The notes beneath the pieces were generated by a model. That model made no database searches, was not told the origin of the DNA, and worked only from the letters and a program-made list of their open reading frames with translations. Below, piece after piece: positions 61,097-64,000 of a stretch of 64,000 bases of DNA (position 1 is the stretch's first letter; each line of letters starts with the position of its first letter). The DNA comes from Macrostomum lignano (taxonomy: Eukaryota): NCBI GenBank assembly GCA_002269645.1, contig NIVC01000099.1, forward strand, positions 682,001 to 746,000, in the 5' to 3' direction. Position numbers and translations under genes: made by a program.

Positions 61097-62717
61097 AAAC
61101 AGCAAAACCCGGCAATGTGGGTTGATGAGAAGCATCGTCAACCGTGATGCTATAAACTGATCTTCATGCTATGCCGCCTATGGACTCATTCAATAAATTC
61201 AATCTAAATTTTATCCATTTAATAAATGTTTTAATTTAGACATGAATATTTAATTAAGTCAACTGCCGCTACTACATAATTCGCAACATTTAAGAGCATG
61301 AGCAAATAAACAAATACGTGCTGTATGATGGATTCTTTTCTGTGCAATCTAATATCCCGAGATAGTTTTCTACTTCTAAATACACACTGAACTATATCTT
61401 AACAATAGTTAAACCAGCAAACTATAGTGTACACATCGTGTATTTGTGGTAGACTTTAAAACCCTCCAGAGCCAAACCCTCCAGAGCCAAAAATACTCCA
61501 CAGCCAAAAAATCTATCTTGGCTGTACGTTTTAACCCCCCAAGACCAAAAATTATTGGGCTTTGCTAAGCGCGTCCATTTTTATATATCTGTTTCTAAAT
61601 AGTATATTCAATTGCTGCAGAAATTGAAGACCAGCCGTTTGTTATTCTGAACCAAAACACTCCGGACCCAATTAATTTGCTGTGATAATAGTGATATACC
61701 CCCCAATACCAAAACTTGACACCCATTTTTCTGTTTATTTTTTTGTATAAACTGTTCTGCTGGTTTGATGTAGCAACCAAGGTCGTTGTTATGCATTGGC
61801 AACACAAACAAACGAACATTTTTTAATTTTCTATTTTAAATTGCGCGTGCAGCACGTGCACGGTCTGTGCTAACTGTGTTAGCAGTCCTAGAACTCCTGT
61901 CAGTAGTTCAAGAGTATGGGGTACTGTCGTGTATACATCTAGGCATTTTCCTTATTAGCTAATTCAGTTAATTATTAAGCACATATAGTTATTTTAAAAA
62001 TAATATTCTTAACGCTAAAATTTAAGAGTGCCGCATGTGCATTCACTGGACAATCTAATTTGATTAATCTTAATTCAAATCTAATTCAATCTAATTTAAT
62101 ATAATTTTGGACTATAGCCTAAGACTATCTAGTTTCAACTAAGAATTACCCCTAAAATCGCCCTAAAAGTTTGATCCCTAAATGGTCTTATGAATTGCGC
62201 CCCAAAGCTGCCCGAAAAATATTACTATAGTCAAATAGTGCCTTATTACTGATATTCGAGCTTCTGAAATGAAACGGTAATTATAGGCCGGAGCCAAAAG
62301 ATTGACATTAACATTTGACTATCAACGTGAACTATTTGACTGCTGTTGCCTCGCAGTAAAAGGCTCGGCGGTCAAAATAATGTCAGTCAAATGTTGATGA
62401 CCCGAACAGCGGTGTTTTTAGTACATGTGATACATCATTTACATGCGCATTAGAAACTAAAAGCTAAAATTAAAGAGAATGAGTGAGACGCGTTGAGTAG
62501 AAAGCTGCAGTAGCTCCATGACTAATCAGTAACAACTTACCTTCATGTAATTAAGCAGCAGTTACTCGATAGCTAGTACTATGTAAATGCAAGGACATGT
62601 ACAATGCAGCATGCAGTCGCAGTATTGTATAGCTAGGCTAGGCTCCATCTTGATCTATACATGTAATGTGAGTGGGATCTTTTTAAACCCCGTGGAAGGT
62701 AGCTCGTAGATCCAGTG

Positions 62718-62881
62718 CATGGCGTACGCAGGGAGGGGGGGGGGCGGGGGGCCGCAGCCCCTGGGGCAAATCGCCCGCCAAAAAATTACGCCCCCCAGAA
62801 TGGCGTCCCCATGGACACCCAATATTGTCACCCCTAAGGATTGCCCCCCCCCCCCAGTATAAAATCCCGCGTACGCCATTG
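62718..62881. mobile_element. Small GC-rich MITE-like element
   Basis: ATGGCGTACGC..GGGA at left inverted against TCCCGCGTACGCCAT at right; G/C runs inside; sits in AT-rich DNA; no TSD found. Confidence 0.45.
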
Positions 62882-63191
62882 AGATAGATTACGAACTATG
62901 AAGTAATATTTACTGTATATCTTGCATCTTCTCTAATATCGTCAGATCTAGTTCCTGTGGATATCGCATGAAACAGTTGCAGTCGTGCGCAATATTGGGT
63001 CTACAAGACGATAACAATAGTCCATAATGCCGGATTTGATGTGTAAGATGTGTAAACTAGTCATATTAAAATCAATTCCTGACTGCATCATTCCATCGCC
63101 ATAGAACTAGGTGTTTAGTAGTGTTTGTGTAGGGGAATTCAGGAACTACTGAGGTATATGACGTTATGTACGCTCGTATACATGTACATCC

Positions 63192-63894
63192 CAAGGACGA
63201 CTTAAGTAGAAGGACGGGAAACCTCGTTTCTTAGAAAAGTTTTGAAGGCACTTTTTCCCTAAAAAATACACTACGGAGATAGGAAGTTTTCATTTTTTCA
63301 GCACAAAAATCGTTATTGCGTTTGATAGGAGGCAGATCCAGTGTTCATCTTTTGATATGTTGTGCCTTTTTTATTGCTCTATCGATATTTATAAAGCTTT
63401 TCGTTCAGAAAATTAGGATTCTATGTTAATTTTTTATTCTACGTATATTTCCTGGATCTAAAAATCACAAAAATGCATGACACAGCTCCAATATTTGGTT
63501 TTATGAACCTATTTTATCATCTCTGTTACAAATATTTGCTACACAGTCGGGTAAGAATGATAAAAAAGACTCATGAAGCTAAAGAGCCGAGCCGTGGCAT
63601 TCTAATGTATTGTATTTCAAGCACAAGACACGCGAAAATATACGTAGAATAAAAAATTAACATAGAATCCTAATTTTCTGAACGAAAAGCTTTATAAATA
63701 TCGATAGAGCAATAAAAAAGGCACAACATATCAAAAGATCAACACTGGATCTGCCTCCTATCAAACGCAATAACAATTTTTGTGCTGAAAAAATGAAAAC
63801 TTCCTATCTCCGTAGTGTATTTTTTCGGGAGAAAGTGCCTTCAAAACTTTTCTAAGAAACGAGGTTTCCCGTCCTTCTACTTAAGTCGTCCTTG
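63192..63894. mobile_element. Foldback MITE with ~259-bp TIRs and 8-bp TSD (P- or hAT-like)
   Basis: 63192-63450 is the near-perfect reverse complement of 63636-63894. Starts CAAGGACGAC, ends GTCGTCCTTG. GTACATCC flanks both sides (63184-63191, 63895-63902). Confidence 0.88.
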
Positions 63895-64000
63895 GTACAT
63901 CCGGGGTCCAATTTTAAAGTTCAATTTTTCATTAGAGATTTCAACCGATAGACAAACAATTTTCATTATAGGCCCTCTGATTTATAACAGAAAATGTAGT

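Overview
Eukaryotic (animal) genomic DNA with five intron-containing protein genes. (1) 3' part of MAP2K4/MKK4 (+, 1-1739). (2) An ATRX-type ADD-domain protein with no SNF2 helicase (+, 5181-9841). (3) Complete paramyosin (-, 16310-22201, 9 exons, 874 aa). (4) Complete TRIM37 (-, 26984-39669, 7 exons). (5) Complete invertebrate-type contactin (+, 42373-54334, 10 exons; C-type lectin + 6 Ig + 4 FN3 + GPI signal). The paramyosin closely resembles flatworm paramyosins as I recall them, so a platyhelminth source (possibly Macrostomum-like) is inferred, not shown. I spliced all models by hand at GT-AG sites and the reading-frame phases are consistent. About 16 of 27 introns, plus the intergenic DNA, hold distinct minisatellites; these generate most of the spurious ORFs in the track. 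Mobile DNA includes a 5'-truncated RT-RNase H non-LTR retrotransposon inside a hAT-like MITE, two tRNA-derived SINEs, a foldback MITE and a CMC-like non-autonomous element. Top observations: a ~560-bp direct duplication flanking the non-LTR insertion (apparent giant target-site duplication); the stand-alone ADD gene; ten perfect MEF2 sites arrayed in a paramyosin intron; and intronic minisatellites built from splice-donor/AG-GT or TACTAAC motifs. No prokaryotic systems, CRISPR arrays, rRNA or true tRNA genes were found.
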